A DNA stretch of 64,000 nucleotides from Eledone cirrhosa (GCA_964016885.1 CAXHJY010001246.1:1-64000), one strand, 5' to 3'; shown: positions 44,691 through 57,100, counted from the first letter of the stretch. Numbers and translations: made by a program. Notes: a model not told the origin generated them from the sequence alone.

Positions 44691-45088
44691 AACGTTCCAC
44701 AGATACACTCACATATCTAGAATAATAATCCTTCTGCTAGGTGTAAATATTCTGACTGTTAAACGGGAATCTATGTTAATAAATATTTCAGTCTTCAAAC
44801 CTACCTCTATGGTTTAATATTTGTGCTTTAAAAACAAAACCAATCTATATTGATTAGTTTAATATTGGTAAACATGCGTTCTAGTTTTAATAATATATTT
44901 TATATTGTATTTATCGGAGGTGTTTTTATATTTTATTTATTTGTTCCTGGAATTTCCTGTTTCTTAGTTCTCTCTTTCTTTTCTTTTTCGAAAGAAGAAA
45001 ATTCTTAAATATCTCGTCGCCATGTTTTCTTCAGTTTTATAGTTTCGTCTTCAAAACGAAATATTGCTGTGACTGATCATAATAATGG

Positions 45089-45129
<41 letters not shown>

Positions 45130-45131
45130 CT

Positions 45132-45190
<59 letters not shown>

Positions 45191-45209
45191 TACTTCTCTC
45201 TTTCTCTCT

Positions 45210-45249
<40 letters not shown>

Positions 45250-45281
45250 ACTTCTCTCTCTCTTTTTCTCTCTTTCTCTCT

Positions 45282-45326
<45 letters not shown>

Positions 45327-45400
45327 CTCCCTCACAAATAACAACACAATCGGTACAGTATATGGGAGGAATATATTAGGTTGAAATAGCAGGAAGAGGG

Positions 45401-45436
45401 CCTTAACGTTTCGGACGCTAGTCCTTCATCACAAGT
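45401..45436 (-). ncRNA. Degenerate hammerhead ribozyme (C3G)
   Basis: Minus: CTT GTGATGA A GGAC tagc GTCC GAAAC GTTA AGG. Confidence 0.55.
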
Positions 45437-45580
45437 ATAAGATAGATTGAATGGACGGGCGGGGTGGAATTGGAAAAAATGTCTTTAGATAGAAATAACA
45501 GGTCCATTCATGTTGAATGTTTATCCCGGGTTTAATCGGGGGTAACCACAGTAAGGTACTCAATACATAGCAGAGTATAA

Positions 45581-45707
45581 ATATTTAATATAGAAATGGC
45601 TTCTACGGGACCAGAATTGTTTCATTCAGGAGAAATCAGGGCTTCCCGATGATTTCTCTCGAATGAAACAGTTCTAGTCCGGTAGAAGCCGTTTCTATAT
45701 TAAATAT
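45581..45707. repeat. ~127-bp palindrome containing a hammerhead-like motif (family shared with 48945-49090)
   Basis: Arms are reverse complements; the right arm reads CCGATGA TTTC tctc GAAT GAAAC agttcta GTC. Confidence 0.75.
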
Positions 45708-45948
45708 ATATATATGTGTGTGTGTGTGTATATGTGTGTGTATGTATGTGTGTGTGTATATGTGTGTGTATGTATGTGTATGTGTGTGAGTGTGTATGTG
45801 TATATGTGTGTGTATGTGTGTGTGTGTGTGTGTGTAATGAAATATTAGCCAATTATCTCAAGACATTTGAAACGAGCCAAAAGCTGTCATAGAAGTCAGT
45901 GTTGTTAATGTAAACAAGACACTATTTTCATTGACCAACTTCGTCACC

Positions 45949-46009
<61 letters not shown>

Positions 46010-46019
46010 GAAAACATAA

Positions 46020-46230
46020 TTTTGACTAAAGAAATTTTTAGCCTGATAGTGGGGTTTAGAACCCTCAGAGAAATGGAAAAAGATGACTATTGACGTCAAT
46101 ACTCATCTTTTTCCATTTCTCTGAGGGTTCTAAACCCCACTATCAGGCTAAAAATTCCTTTAGTCAAAAATACGGTTAAAGCTTATGTTTTTTAATTTCA
46201 AACTCGCTCATTGTTTCAAAACATACTTAA
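46020..46230. repeat. 150-bp near-perfect palindrome centred on TGACGTCA, plus one-sided extension
   Basis: Arms 46020-46094 and 46095-46169; the extension matches 15710-15775 in reverse. Confidence 0.9.
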
Positions 46231-46416
46231 TACTTATAGTAATATCTATATCTATATTTATATATGTTTGATATAACTATAAATATGTAGGGCAGTACTA
46301 AGTACTAGCCGGTTACCGGTGGTATGACAAAAGGCTCAATGCAAATTTTCAAGTGTTTTACAGAGCCGAGATACAAAGTGTTAAAACGATCAAATTTTAG
46401 TTTAGAACATTTATTA

Positions 46417-46461
46417 GCTGACAATTGTTTCTTCCAGAGGGACGTCTGGAATCATCGGAGC
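46417..46461 (-). ncRNA. Type I hammerhead ribozyme, CCGAUGA core
   Basis: Minus: GCT CCGATGA TTCCAGA cgtccc TCTGGAA GAAAC AATT GTC AGC. Confidence 0.75.
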
Positions 46462-46835
46462 ATAAGGAATGTCGAAAACGTGTAACTAGAATCCTAGTCA
46501 TTTAGAACATTTAGGGTACATAGTTGTTATTAGTGTCAAAGGCATCATGTGGAGAGTCAGGAGTTAAAAAGATGTTCCGCTTGAAATAACACAATTACAC
46601 GCAGCACCGGTTGGAAGTGTAATAGGTATAAGTGAAAGTAAAAAGCACAAGCAAAAAAACACAGGCAAAGAAGTTATAAGCAAGGACGATTGGTGTACAA
46701 TGCAGGAGTCAATACAGTCAATAAGGCATGTGTGAGGGAAGAGTTATAATGCAGTCGAAATAAACATATATTGTGTGGGGTGTTAAAGCATGTTATAATT
46801 GTTATAAATGTTTAAGATAGTGTGCAATTTGTTAG

Positions 46836-47064
46836 AGAGGCATGTGGTGATAATGTAGGTAATTTTTATGTAAGGTGTAATGTAAAGCACGCGATAGAGT
46901 TGGGTATGTGATTTTCATACCCAATGTGAGTAACAAACAACACATGCACATAAATATGAACTACAACACGAAAACACTTAAATGAAAATCACATACCCAA
47001 CTCTATCTAGTGCTTTACATTACACCTTACATAACAATTACCTACATTATCACCACATGCCTCT
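46836..47064. repeat. Inverted repeat, ~83-bp arms, ~63-bp spacer
   Basis: 46836-46918 is the reverse complement of 46982-47064 with few mismatches. Confidence 0.9.
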
Positions 47065-47080
47065 GAGAGAGAGAGAGAAG

Positions 47081-47139
<59 letters not shown>

Positions 47140-47193
47140 CAAAAATAAAGAAAGGGGCAATGAAAAAGACAGAAAAAGAGTTCTTGCCACCAC

Positions 47194-47219
<26 letters not shown>

Positions 47220-47224
<5 letters not shown>

Positions 47225-48089
47225 ATACTTATAATATTGCCAGAAATAATAACAGAACACACTCACTGTTTGGTTGGTTTTCGCTTCTGTAACCTTAAAT
47301 CTCCATAGTTAATTTATTTGGCAATCAATGTTTATCATAACTGTATCAAATATAAATATAAATATATATATATAGTCTATCAAAGTATTTTTGTTGCACA
47401 TCTGCAACATCATCAGTGGTTATATTATGTTTCCTCCTGTTGTATTTTTATTTCATTTATTTATTTCATCTTTTCTCTGTCTCTGTTTGCGCATGCGTTT
47501 CTGTTTCTGTTTTCTGTTTGTTGTTAGTGTACTTGTATATATGTATTTATTTAGTCATATTTACCTTAAGGCATTATTGTGTGTTTGGGTATGGTTGTAG
47601 TTGTCATTCTTTTCATTTTTTTTCTGTTCAATTGGAAAAGAGACGGGAAAACTTACAAAAATATTCCGACAAAATTAATAATATTTATATGGCAGATGTC
47701 ATATTACCTACAAAGTTTACCAGACACTAAATATCTATAGTAACACTATAACCAGCGAACAAGAACAACATATTCTACAACTACCACCAAAATTCACTAT
47801 ATATAACAAAGTAAACCTAATACCATGTTTGTCGGAAATTGAAAAGTCCTTCACTAAAATATTTGTTTCATCACACGATTCCATATCAAAAACCTTGCAA
47901 AACGAATTCTTCTCGGGTTATAGCTACTGTCGCTCAGAGAGTGGGATTGGCTCAGTGCACAGTCTTTCTTCACTTAAAAAAAAACTTCACTCACATGCAT
48001 TGAACGATGGCACTCATTGATAATTGTTAATAGTGTTATATCGTGCAATGGCCATACTCGATAACGAGGGTCAGCCATCATATATACAC

Positions 48090-48130
<41 letters not shown>

Positions 48131-48389
48131 CTTGGGGAGGGTCATAATGTTATAATATTGCCAGAAATAATAACAGAACACACTCCATAGTTTATTTATT
48201 TGGCAATCAATGTTTATCATTGATTGACCAACGGTAAAAAATACAGATATAAATATATATATAGTCTATCAAAGTTTTTTCGTCACACATCTGCGACATC
48301 ATCAGTGGTACTATTATGTTTCCTCCATTGTATTATAAAGTCTACCCCATTTTTATTTTATTTATTTATTTCTTCTTTTCTCTGTCTCT

Positions 48390-48395
<6 letters not shown>
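47220..48395. repeat. Two diverged direct copies (~47220-47490, ~48148-48395), each with a degenerate minus-strand hammerhead-like motif
   Basis: Shared blocks ATAATATTGCCAGAAATAATAACAGAACACACTC; minus-strand CTGATGA-T-GTCGCA gatg TGTGAC-GAAA at 48278-48305. Confidence 0.7.
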
Positions 48396-48479
<84 letters not shown>

Positions 48480-48944
48480 AATTTTTACTTTCACACGAAA
48501 TGGATGATGTTCAAAGAGACAGTATGGAGTTAATGCACTGGGAAAACAAAGACAGCGATAAAGCTCGTTAAAATTACATTCGTAAAAACTGACCCAATAA
48601 TGAACTAAATGTCTATATTTCTACCCCAGGCATCATCCTTATATTCCAAACCTTAACCCTCCCTAAATATTAGTATGGTGGAGCCGGAATGTTTCAAGCT
48701 GCAGCCGTGAAATTACACAGTGTCCGTAAAAAAATAGATATTAAATATCCATTATTACCTACAGTGACTACAACCCCATTATGTAATAGGCTTTGCTGCA
48801 CCCTCTTCCATTTACGCTTGACCTTAAACCCTCAAGATATTTTCCCAAGATGATTTCACGTCGTGCATAAAATATAAAATCCTGATGTAAATCGGCAGGC
48901 AACCACTGTCAAAAAAGGTACTCAATATGTTAGTAGTGTATAGG

Positions 48945-49090
48945 TATATTCATTTTATTACAGAAATTACTTCTACGGGACTAGAACTGTTTCATTCGTA
49001 AGAAATCACGAGGAAAGTCTGATGGTTTCTTACGAATAAAACAGTTCTTGTCTTGTAGAAGTAAGTCATATCTATAATAAAATGAATATA
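48945..49090. repeat. Palindrome with hammerhead-like motif, paralog of 45581
   Basis: CTTCTACGGGACTAGAACTGTTTCATTCGTAAGAAA..CTGATGG TTTCTTACGAATAAAACAGTTCTTGTC. Confidence 0.7.
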
Positions 49091-49419
49091 TATATGTTCC
49101 ATGTGGGCTTGAAATGATGATCTATCTCCTCTTCTCCCCCCCCCCCCCCCCTTCGTTCAACCTAGAGGGGTTGATGTCAATATACTGTGTCCAATATTCA
49201 TTGGGCGTTTCGATGTTTCGACCCTTAACTGTAACACCATCTTATTGCTGGGTTAAAAATGGTGGCCAAATTACTGTCCATCTTCTCCCCATAGCTTCCA
49301 CGTTCTCTCTTCTTTCTTGATCCACAACCAACAAAAGGCTCTTTCTGCTGCCTTCTCTCTCGTCCTACGAACTGATACCCCCTTCTCTCTTCCTGTCATT
49401 CCAACAGCAGTGTGTACGT

Positions 49420-50092
49420 TCTCCATACCACCTGATCCTCAAATCAAGAATTCCCTTCAATTCATGAATCAAGAATTCCATTCAACCCACTTCAACTGGA
49501 AGTCTACCATCTTTCTCTCTTACACAAGGCAATCAAACGCTTGTATCATATCCCCATACCAATTGATCCACGAATCAATAACTCTCCTCAACCCACCTCA
49601 ACTGGAAGTAGCCACGTCTACCATGTCTCTCTCTTACACAAGGCAATCAAACGCTTGTATCAAATTCCCATACGAATTGAGCCTCGATTTAAGAACGCCC
49701 TTCAACCCACCTCAACTAGAAATAGCCATATGTACCACCCATTCACCCTTACATAAGGATACCAAACGCTTGTATGAAATTCCCATACTAATTGACCCAC
49801 GATTCAAGAACTCCCTTCAACTTACCCCAACATCTACCATCCTTTCTCCCTTATATAAAGATATCAAACGTACATTCTCCATACGAATTTTTTCCTTGAT
49901 TCAAGAACTCCCTTCAACCCACCTCAACTAGAAATACCGACGTCTAGCATCTTTCTCCCTTACATAACGATATTAAACGTACATTCTCCATACCAATTGA
50001 TCCTGGAATCAAGAACGCCGTTCAAACAACCTCAACTAGAAATAGCCACGTCTAACATCCTTTTTACCTTACATAAAGATATCAAATGCGAC
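49420..50092. repeat. Degenerate ~110-bp minisatellite, ~6 copies
   Basis: Recurring CCATAC..ATTGA..CAAGAACTCCCTTCAACCCACCTCAACTAGAAATAGCCA..TTACATAAGGATATCAAACG. Confidence 0.85.
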
Positions 50093-50224
50093 ATTTAATA
50101 AATCTATTATATTTAAAATGTTAACGCTTTGAGCGTGTTTGTACATATGTGTGCGCGTGGATGTGTTTGCCTGTGTGTCTGTGTTTGTGCGTATGTGTTT
50201 GTGTTTGTGTGTGTTTGTGCATGT

Positions 50225-50284
<60 letters not shown>

Positions 50285-50680
50285 GTGCGTGTGTTTGTGC
50301 ATGTGTGTGTTTGTACATGTATGTTTGTGTGTGTTTGTGCATGTGTGTGTTTGTGTGTGTGTATTTGTGCATGTGTGTGTTTGTGCATGTGTGTGTTTGT
50401 GTGTGTGTGTTTGCGCATGTGTTTTTGTGTGTGTGTGTGTCTGTGCATGTGTGTGTCTGTCTTTGTGTGTTTATGTATGTATGCATGCATGTGTGTGTAT
50501 ATGTATATATGTATCTATGTAATTATGTATGTATATATGTATGTGTGTATGTATATAAGTGTGTGTGAATTTGCATACCCCCACATCTAACAACATACTT
50601 GTGAAATCTTGAGTTCTTTAACAAAGTGAAACTGATAAGAATTTACATATGCTAATGGGATAATGTTTTATAGAATGGTA

Positions 50681-50764
<84 letters not shown>

Positions 50765-51120
50765 TTCTTCCTCTCTCGTTCTAACACCTCTCTCTATATA
50801 TTTCACTCTCTCTCTCTCTCTCTTCCACTCTCTCTCTATACGTTACTAGCCATATCTTTGTCATTCATTCATTCGTTCTGTGCGCGTGGCTTTCATGTCC
50901 ATTTGCATTTGTTTAAACTCTCAGAACACACGTTAGAATATTACATCAAATACAAAACTCCCAACACATTGAAAGACGCCACCATTTTTCCTATGTAAGT
51001 ATTGCCTTAGTGGCACTGTGACATTGAGATAAAAATTTATCACAATACATTTAAAAGAAATAGAATCTCTACGAAATATTTTATACATATCATCTGAAAA
51101 CATGTGTGTAACATGTCTTA

Positions 51121-52040
51121 AGGCGGCGCGTTGGCAGAGTTGTTAGAACGTCAGATAGAACGCTTTGCTGTATTATTTTCAGCTTTCTGCTCTCTGAGTT
51201 CAAATCCCGCCGAGTTTAACTTTGCCTTTTATCCTTATGGGGTCGATAAAATAAAATACCAGTCTAATACTGAGGTCGATTCTTCCTCTATATCTCTTTC
51301 TTATTTCTTTTCTCTCATTTTCTATATTTCTCTGGAAGAAATCTGTTGTACTCAGGTCTGGAGAGGGGTGGGTTCCGCCAGATTTAAAATGCGCAAGAAA
51401 TGCCATATGTCAACACGGCACCCCTACAACTCTACCAGGTATTTTGGGACCATACATACATACATGTATTGTGCGTCCCGATGGCCGGCGGCGGAGGGTA
51501 AGTAAATAGGGAATCAAGGATACTCGTTCGGACGTCACTTTTTGTCTATTTCTTTCTTTCTTTCTTTATTGATAATATTCTTTTTAGAATAGTCGAATTA
51601 GTTTCTACATTTGGCACATGGCCAGCAATTATTCCATTGCATTACTGGTACAACCCCATTCATACTTGCGGGGTATCGTAAAGGGACGTAACTCTATGCT
51701 GAACGCATGGCGTCCGACTCTCTACCGATAGTGCTAATCCACCTCCAGCTACCATATATGGAAAATGATATTAATGGCAGTAAGATGATTAAACATAAAG
51801 AAAAAACCATTAATGTATGAAGTTTCGCCTGTTTATTTAGCAGCTAAAGATTGGCAGAATCATTAGAGAGTCGCACAACATGCTTAGCGGCATAGAGTTA
51901 CGTCCCTTTACATTCTGAGCTAGCTTTTACTTTCATCTTTACCGGGTCGATAAATAAAGTACCAGTAATGAACTAGGGTCGATTTAATCGACTTTCCCCT
52001 CCACTTCAAATTGCTGGCCTTGTACCTAAAGTAGAAATTA
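51121..52040. mobile_element. Three SINE copies (51121-51280 +, 51600-51745 -, 51850-52040 +)
   Basis: SINE head, core and tail matches. Confidence 0.8.
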
Positions 52041-52389
52041 TTAATACAATGAACAACCAAAAACTTATTCTCTCTTATGTACACACATATTCACAAGGTC
52101 CGAACACAAAAGAACCAAACTCCCACTGTCACAGCCTCCATCTTTCCTGCTCTCCCCATCTCTCACATATTCACAAGGTCCGAACACAAAAGAACCAAAC
52201 TCCCACTGTCATCGCCTCCGTGTGTCTCGCTCTCCCCATTTCTCGCCATTGTGATCAAATGGAGCCCGGCGTCCCCGTCGGACAGAATAGAGAAAGGGTT
52301 TCCCTGGAGGATCGTGAGGGAGACACGCTGATAGAGTAGCCATTCCAGCTAGTGAGGCTGACATACAAAACCATGAAGTGAAGTGCAGT

Positions 52390-52520
52390 GAAGGGCACGT
52401 GGCCTAGTCGTTAGGGGGCAGCTATTCTTAGGATCGTTGTGTAGCTGGTTCGATTCCTGGACTGGTTTGTGTGTTGCGTTCTTCAGCAAAGTATTTCATT
52501 TCACGTTGCTCCAGTATCTA
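52390..52520 (+). mobile_element. Second tRNA-derived SINE family head
   Basis: A-box-like GTGGCCTAGTCGTTAG, B-box GGTTCGATTCCTG, then TTCTTCAGCAAAGTATTTCATTTCACGTTGCTCCAGT. Confidence 0.65.
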
Positions 52521-52622
52521 GAGGTTAGCCTTGCAACGGACCCGTCTCATACGCCAATGAAACCGCATGTGTTTTTCCCACCATTTTTTTCATATTTTCC
52601 TTGTCGCTTACTCTACTCAATT

Positions 52623-52872
52623 TTTATCTGTCTATTTATCTTCTATTTCTAACTCTAACTTCTGATGAAAAACTAGTATCCGAAAGGTTAACACTTTTCA
52701 CCTACTATTTCAAGAGTTAAACTAATATATTTTTTCCCCGTCACTTCCTCTTCTCAATGTTTATCTGTCTATTTATCTTCTATTTCTAACTCTATCTTCT
52801 CATGAAAGACTAGTATCCGAAGCGTTAAAGACTCTTTACCTGCTATTTCATGAGTTAAACTAATATATTTCT
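52623..52872 (+). repeat. Tandem ~137-bp duplication, each unit with a decayed hammerhead
   Basis: CTGATGAAAAACTAGTATCCGAAAGGTTA and CTCATGAAAGACTAGTATCCGAAGCGTTA; related to 45401. Confidence 0.7.
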
Positions 52873-53106
52873 TCACTGTACTGTGTCGTTTGCTTTGTTA
52901 TTTCTGCTTGCCACTTACATATAAATTACATAGCATGTTTACCGACTACTGTTATCAGCAAATACCAGGACACATAAATAAGTAATGAAGCACATAACAT
53001 CTTGCTTTCACTTATTTTCTTGTCCGCCCAAATCGCATTTTCGTGGCATTTAAACTTCACATTTTTCTATACTATGCACAATGCTCCCAACAAACTACAA
53101 CTTTCT

Positions 53107-53138
<32 letters not shown>

Positions 53139-53143
53139 CACAC

Positions 53144-53212
<69 letters not shown>

Positions 53213-53296
53213 CACACACACACATATATATATACACACACACACATACGTGTATATATATAATATATGTACATACATATATATGTATTTATACAT

Positions 53297-53355
<59 letters not shown>

Positions 53356-53489
53356 AGAAGGGATATTTAATTTGTTGGAAATCAAACAAATATAAATGTT
53401 TATAACTGATTCAGAGCACTCGACAGTTTTTCTGGAGTAAATATTCAATGATATTAAATAAATGGAAACTATATTTATAAAACCATATT

Positions 53490-53552
53490 TATTCTATTAT
53501 ATATATTTCAAGGGTACCAAAACACTTTGGTACACTTTCATCAGATAAAATA
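53490..53552 (-). ncRNA. Minimal type I hammerhead ribozyme
   Basis: Minus: TATTTTAT CTGATGA AAGtGTACCAAA gtgt TTTGGTACcCTT GAAA TATATA TA ATAGAATA. Confidence 0.85.
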
Positions 53553-53931
53553 CAAAGAGTGTTTTATAAACTTTGACGTAGCCAAGAAAAAATCATACCT
53601 TATCAGTTGAATATTCCCTGGGTAGTAAGATTATAGATTATAGAACGGATTTTTCAAACTTATGGATGAATATCCCAATACTGTACATACTTTCCGATTG
53701 TCACTTTTCGTTATTTTCGTGTGATACGCGAAGGAACCAACCAACAGACATCTCTCTTTTGTATCGCTTTTATTTGTTCAATCAAAATGTTTTTCAGTTT
53801 TTTTCTGTCGTACAGTATACATCAGCAATCGTTATCTAATGTTTAAAACATATGAATAGCTGCGATATATGCACCATATCAATCAAAAACGATATGCAAA
53901 TTGAATACTCTATATGTATATTATATATATG

Positions 53932-53968
<37 letters not shown>

Positions 53969-54008
53969 GATATTAATAAATGGAAACTATATTTATAAAA
54001 CCATATTT

Positions 54009-54072
54009 ATTTCATTATACATATTTCAGGGATACCAAATTAAAATATGGTATGCCTTCATCAGACAAAATA
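54009..54072 (-). ncRNA. Minimal type I hammerhead ribozyme (left arm of inverted repeat)
   Basis: Exact reverse complement of 54156-54219. Confidence 0.85.
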
Positions 54073-54155
54073 CAATATATAAACAGTTTTATAAATAATT
54101 TTGACGTACCCTATTAGATGCAACCATTATTTTTGGAAGCTGTCTTTATATATTG

Positions 54156-54219
54156 TATTTTGTCTGATGAAGGCATACCATATTTTAATTTGGTATCCCT
54201 GAAATATGTATAATGAAAT
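54156..54219 (+). ncRNA. Minimal type I hammerhead ribozyme (right arm of inverted repeat)
   Basis: TATTTTGT CTGATGA AGGcATACCA..TGGTATcCCT GAAA TATGTA TA ATGAAATA. Confidence 0.85.
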
Positions 54220-54347
54220 AAATATGGTTTTATAAATATAGTTTCCATTTATTAATATCGTATATCTACTCCAAAAACTTGTCGAGTGCTTTATATCAGT
54301 TACAAAATATTTACTTGTTGTATCCCAACAATTTTAAATAGAACTTT

Positions 54348-54399
<52 letters not shown>

Positions 54400-54418
54400 C
54401 ATACACATTCATACATAT

Positions 54419-54497
<79 letters not shown>

Positions 54498-54500
<3 letters not shown>

Positions 54501-54683
54501 CGAAGGAAATGTGGTAAGGAACCAGGTGGACCATAACGCACCAAAGTACTCAATACTTGAGGTAGTAGAGTGGGTAATAGGAACCAGTAAGACCCCGACA
54601 GCTGAGCTCAAGCCGTTTCGACGGCTAATTCTGAATTAGCCGTCGAAACGGCTTGAGCTCAGCTGTCGGGGTCTTACTGGTTC
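54498..54683 (-). mobile_element. pLTR tail plus perfect 103-bp palindrome (54581-54683)
   Basis: 51-bp arms around a single T at 54632; each arm carries GAAAC GGC..GCT GTC GGGG. Confidence 0.85.
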
Positions 54684-54727
54684 ATATATATATATATATA
54701 TATATATACATACACATTCATACATAT

Positions 54728-54768
<41 letters not shown>

Positions 54769-54783
54769 CACATTCATACATAT

Positions 54784-54838
<55 letters not shown>

Positions 54839-54864
54839 CACACACATATATATATATATATATA

Positions 54865-54953
54865 TTAATTCAAAATATTAACAAAAATAAACATTCGTGT
54901 GATCAAGTATATTTTATTATACATATTTCAGAGGTACTGAGCTATCTTCATCA
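54865..54953 (-). ncRNA. 5'-truncated hammerhead with pLTR tail
   Basis: Minus: TGATGA AGATAGCTCAGTACCTCT GAAA TATGTA TA ATAAAATA, then TTGATCACACGAATG as in 21830-21868. Confidence 0.6.
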
Positions 54954-54964
54954 TGCATCATCTT

Positions 54965-55485
54965 TTATCTGAGGAGGAGGAGGAGGAGAGGGGGGAATGA
55001 GGAGGAGGGGCCGGAGGGGAGGAGGAGGGGCGAAGGGGGAGGATGGGGGGGGTCTGGAGGTCGAGGTGTGGAGGAGGTGGTGGGGAGGGGATGCGGCGGA
55101 GTAGGTGGTAGTTGGAGGAGGAGATGAGGAGGGCGAGGTGGTGTAGGAGGAGATGTGGAGGCCGAGGTGTGGTGGAGGTGGTGTAGGAGGAGATGTGGAG
55201 GCGGGGTGGTGATGTGGAGGCCGAGGTGGTGGTGGGGTGGTGATGTGAAGGCCGAGGTGTGGTGGAGGTGCAGGTGGTGTAGGAGGAGATGTGGAGGTCG
55301 AGGTGGTGGTGGGGTGTTGATGTGGAGGTGCAGGTGGTGTAGGAGGAGATGTGGAGGTCGAGGTAGTGGTGGGGTGTTGATGTGGAGGTGAGGTGTGGTG
55401 TAGGAGGAGATGTGGAGGTCGAGGTGGTGGTGGGGTGTTGATGTGGAGGTGAGGTGTGGTGGAGGTGTAGGTGGTGTAGGAGAAG
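54965..55485. repeat. G-rich (GGA/GGT) low-complexity tandem repeat
   Basis: Recurring GGTGGTGTAGGAGGAGATGTGGAGG units. Confidence 0.9.
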
Positions 55486-55769
55486 GTTAAGCAATAGACG
55501 TGTTTACTGGTACTGATTGACTGGCTAGACAAAGAGCAGCCAAGTAAGAAATGGTTGCGAAATAAAGACGAATGTTTTCACTGAAGCATAAAGAATTTTG
55601 GAAGATTAATTCAACAAAATAAATGGCATTGCTTCTCAATTCAATAGCAGACTTGATTCGACAAATAACTCATAAAATTCTAATATAAATGCTTTCCGGT
55701 CAACATTTTTTGATGAGATTTTATTAATCAACATCACGTATGTTAAAATGTCTCGGAAAAGAATTCCCC

Positions 55770-56570
55770 GATGGACAGATTTGTAACTTAGAGATCGGAG
55801 AGTGGCTTCGAGTAGAGCCGCTGTTTCTCTGAGTTCGATAGAGTGTATAATTCGGAGCTCAGAGAGTGGTGTCAAGTAGAGTCACTAGAAGTAGGGCCGC
55901 TACTTCTCTGAATTGGATAGAGTGCATAGCTCGGAGATAAGAGAGTGGTGTCAAGTAGAGCCGCTGTTTCTCTGAATTGGATAGAGTGCAGAGGTCGGAG
56001 ATCAGAGAGTCACTTGAAGTAGAGCCGCTGCTTCTCTGAATTGAGAGATCACACTCCGGTATTATGGGCATGTGGTTAGAATGTCTCAGCAAAGAAACTC
56101 TGGACAGAGTTGCAGCTCGAAGATCAGAGAGTCACTTCAAGTAGAGCTGCTACTTCTCCGAATTGAGAGATCACAGTTATGTTATTACAGATATGTGGTT
56201 AGAATACAAGTTGATGAAATGGGGGTTCCTTCGAAGGGTCTCTAGAGTAACGTTACTTAATAGAGTGTATTGCTAGAGATCAAAGATTTGTCCCAAGTAG
56301 AATCACTTGAAGTACAACGGCTACTTCTCCGAATTGGATAGAATACATAACTCGGAAATCAGAGAGTCACTTGAAAGAGAGCCGCTACTTCTCCGAATTG
56401 AGAGCTCACAGCTCCGATACTATGGACACGTGGTTAGAATGTTTCAGGGAAGAATCGCTAGACAGATTTGTAACGCAGGGATCATAGAGTCACGCCAGAT
56501 AGAGCCGCTATTTCTCCGAATTGAGAGATCACAGCTCCGATATTACGAGCAGGTGATTAGAATGTTGGAG
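55770..56570 (+). mobile_element. Tandemly reiterated RTE LINE 3' ORF segment
   Basis: Repeats of DR.HSSEIRESLE.EPLLLRIERSQLRYYGHVVRM; one unit has VDEMG/FLRRVSRVTLLNRV. Confidence 0.8.
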
Positions 56571-56674
56571 GATATCTCTGTGCAATACCTGGAGGATATC
56601 AAGAAATCCCTGCCAAATATCTGTTACACAAAAGATGTATGTATGTATGTATGTATGTATGTATGTATGTATGC

Positions 56675-57100
56675 GACACTAAAAAGAGATGTCCGGAAAG
56701 GAATCCATGTTGTCCTTCCCGAAGGCACTGACAGACGACCTGACCTGACATGTGAGACCTGTAATAGGGTTTGTCTGAGCATGGCAGGTCTAAAGAGTCA
56801 CCTGAGAGTGCACAAGAACAGGGAAGCAGGCACCTGTGGAGCTATAAGTGTTCATCAGACGACGACATGTGATGTTTGTGGAAGGGTATCCAGGTCGAGT
56901 AGTGATCTCACACGACACCTTGGGTCACATGGTACCATGGGCCCAGCACTAGGTGTCAATAATTGTCACAAGTGTCGTGTTTGTACCAGAGTTTTCAAGT
57001 CGCTGGCTGGACTAAAAAGCCACACTCGTCCAACGCATCGGTAGGGGTTCTCCTACATAGATATAAATTAGTGGCCGTACTCGAAGACGAGTTGGCAGCC
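56675..57100 (+). mobile_element. Three C2H2 zinc fingers, probably the C-terminus of a LINE ORF
   Basis: CETC..LKSHLRVH, CDVC..LTRHLGSH, CRVC..LKSHTRPTH*; flanked by (TGTA)n; no TGEKP linkers. Confidence 0.55.

Noticed and set aside
49317-49931. 204-aa ORF
   Set aside because: It lies in a degenerate ~110-bp minisatellite with no recognisable domain
56307-57044. Host C2H2 zinc-finger gene
   Set aside because: The N-terminal part is LINE- and microsatellite-derived, the fingers lack TGEKP linkers, and no exon structure is supported
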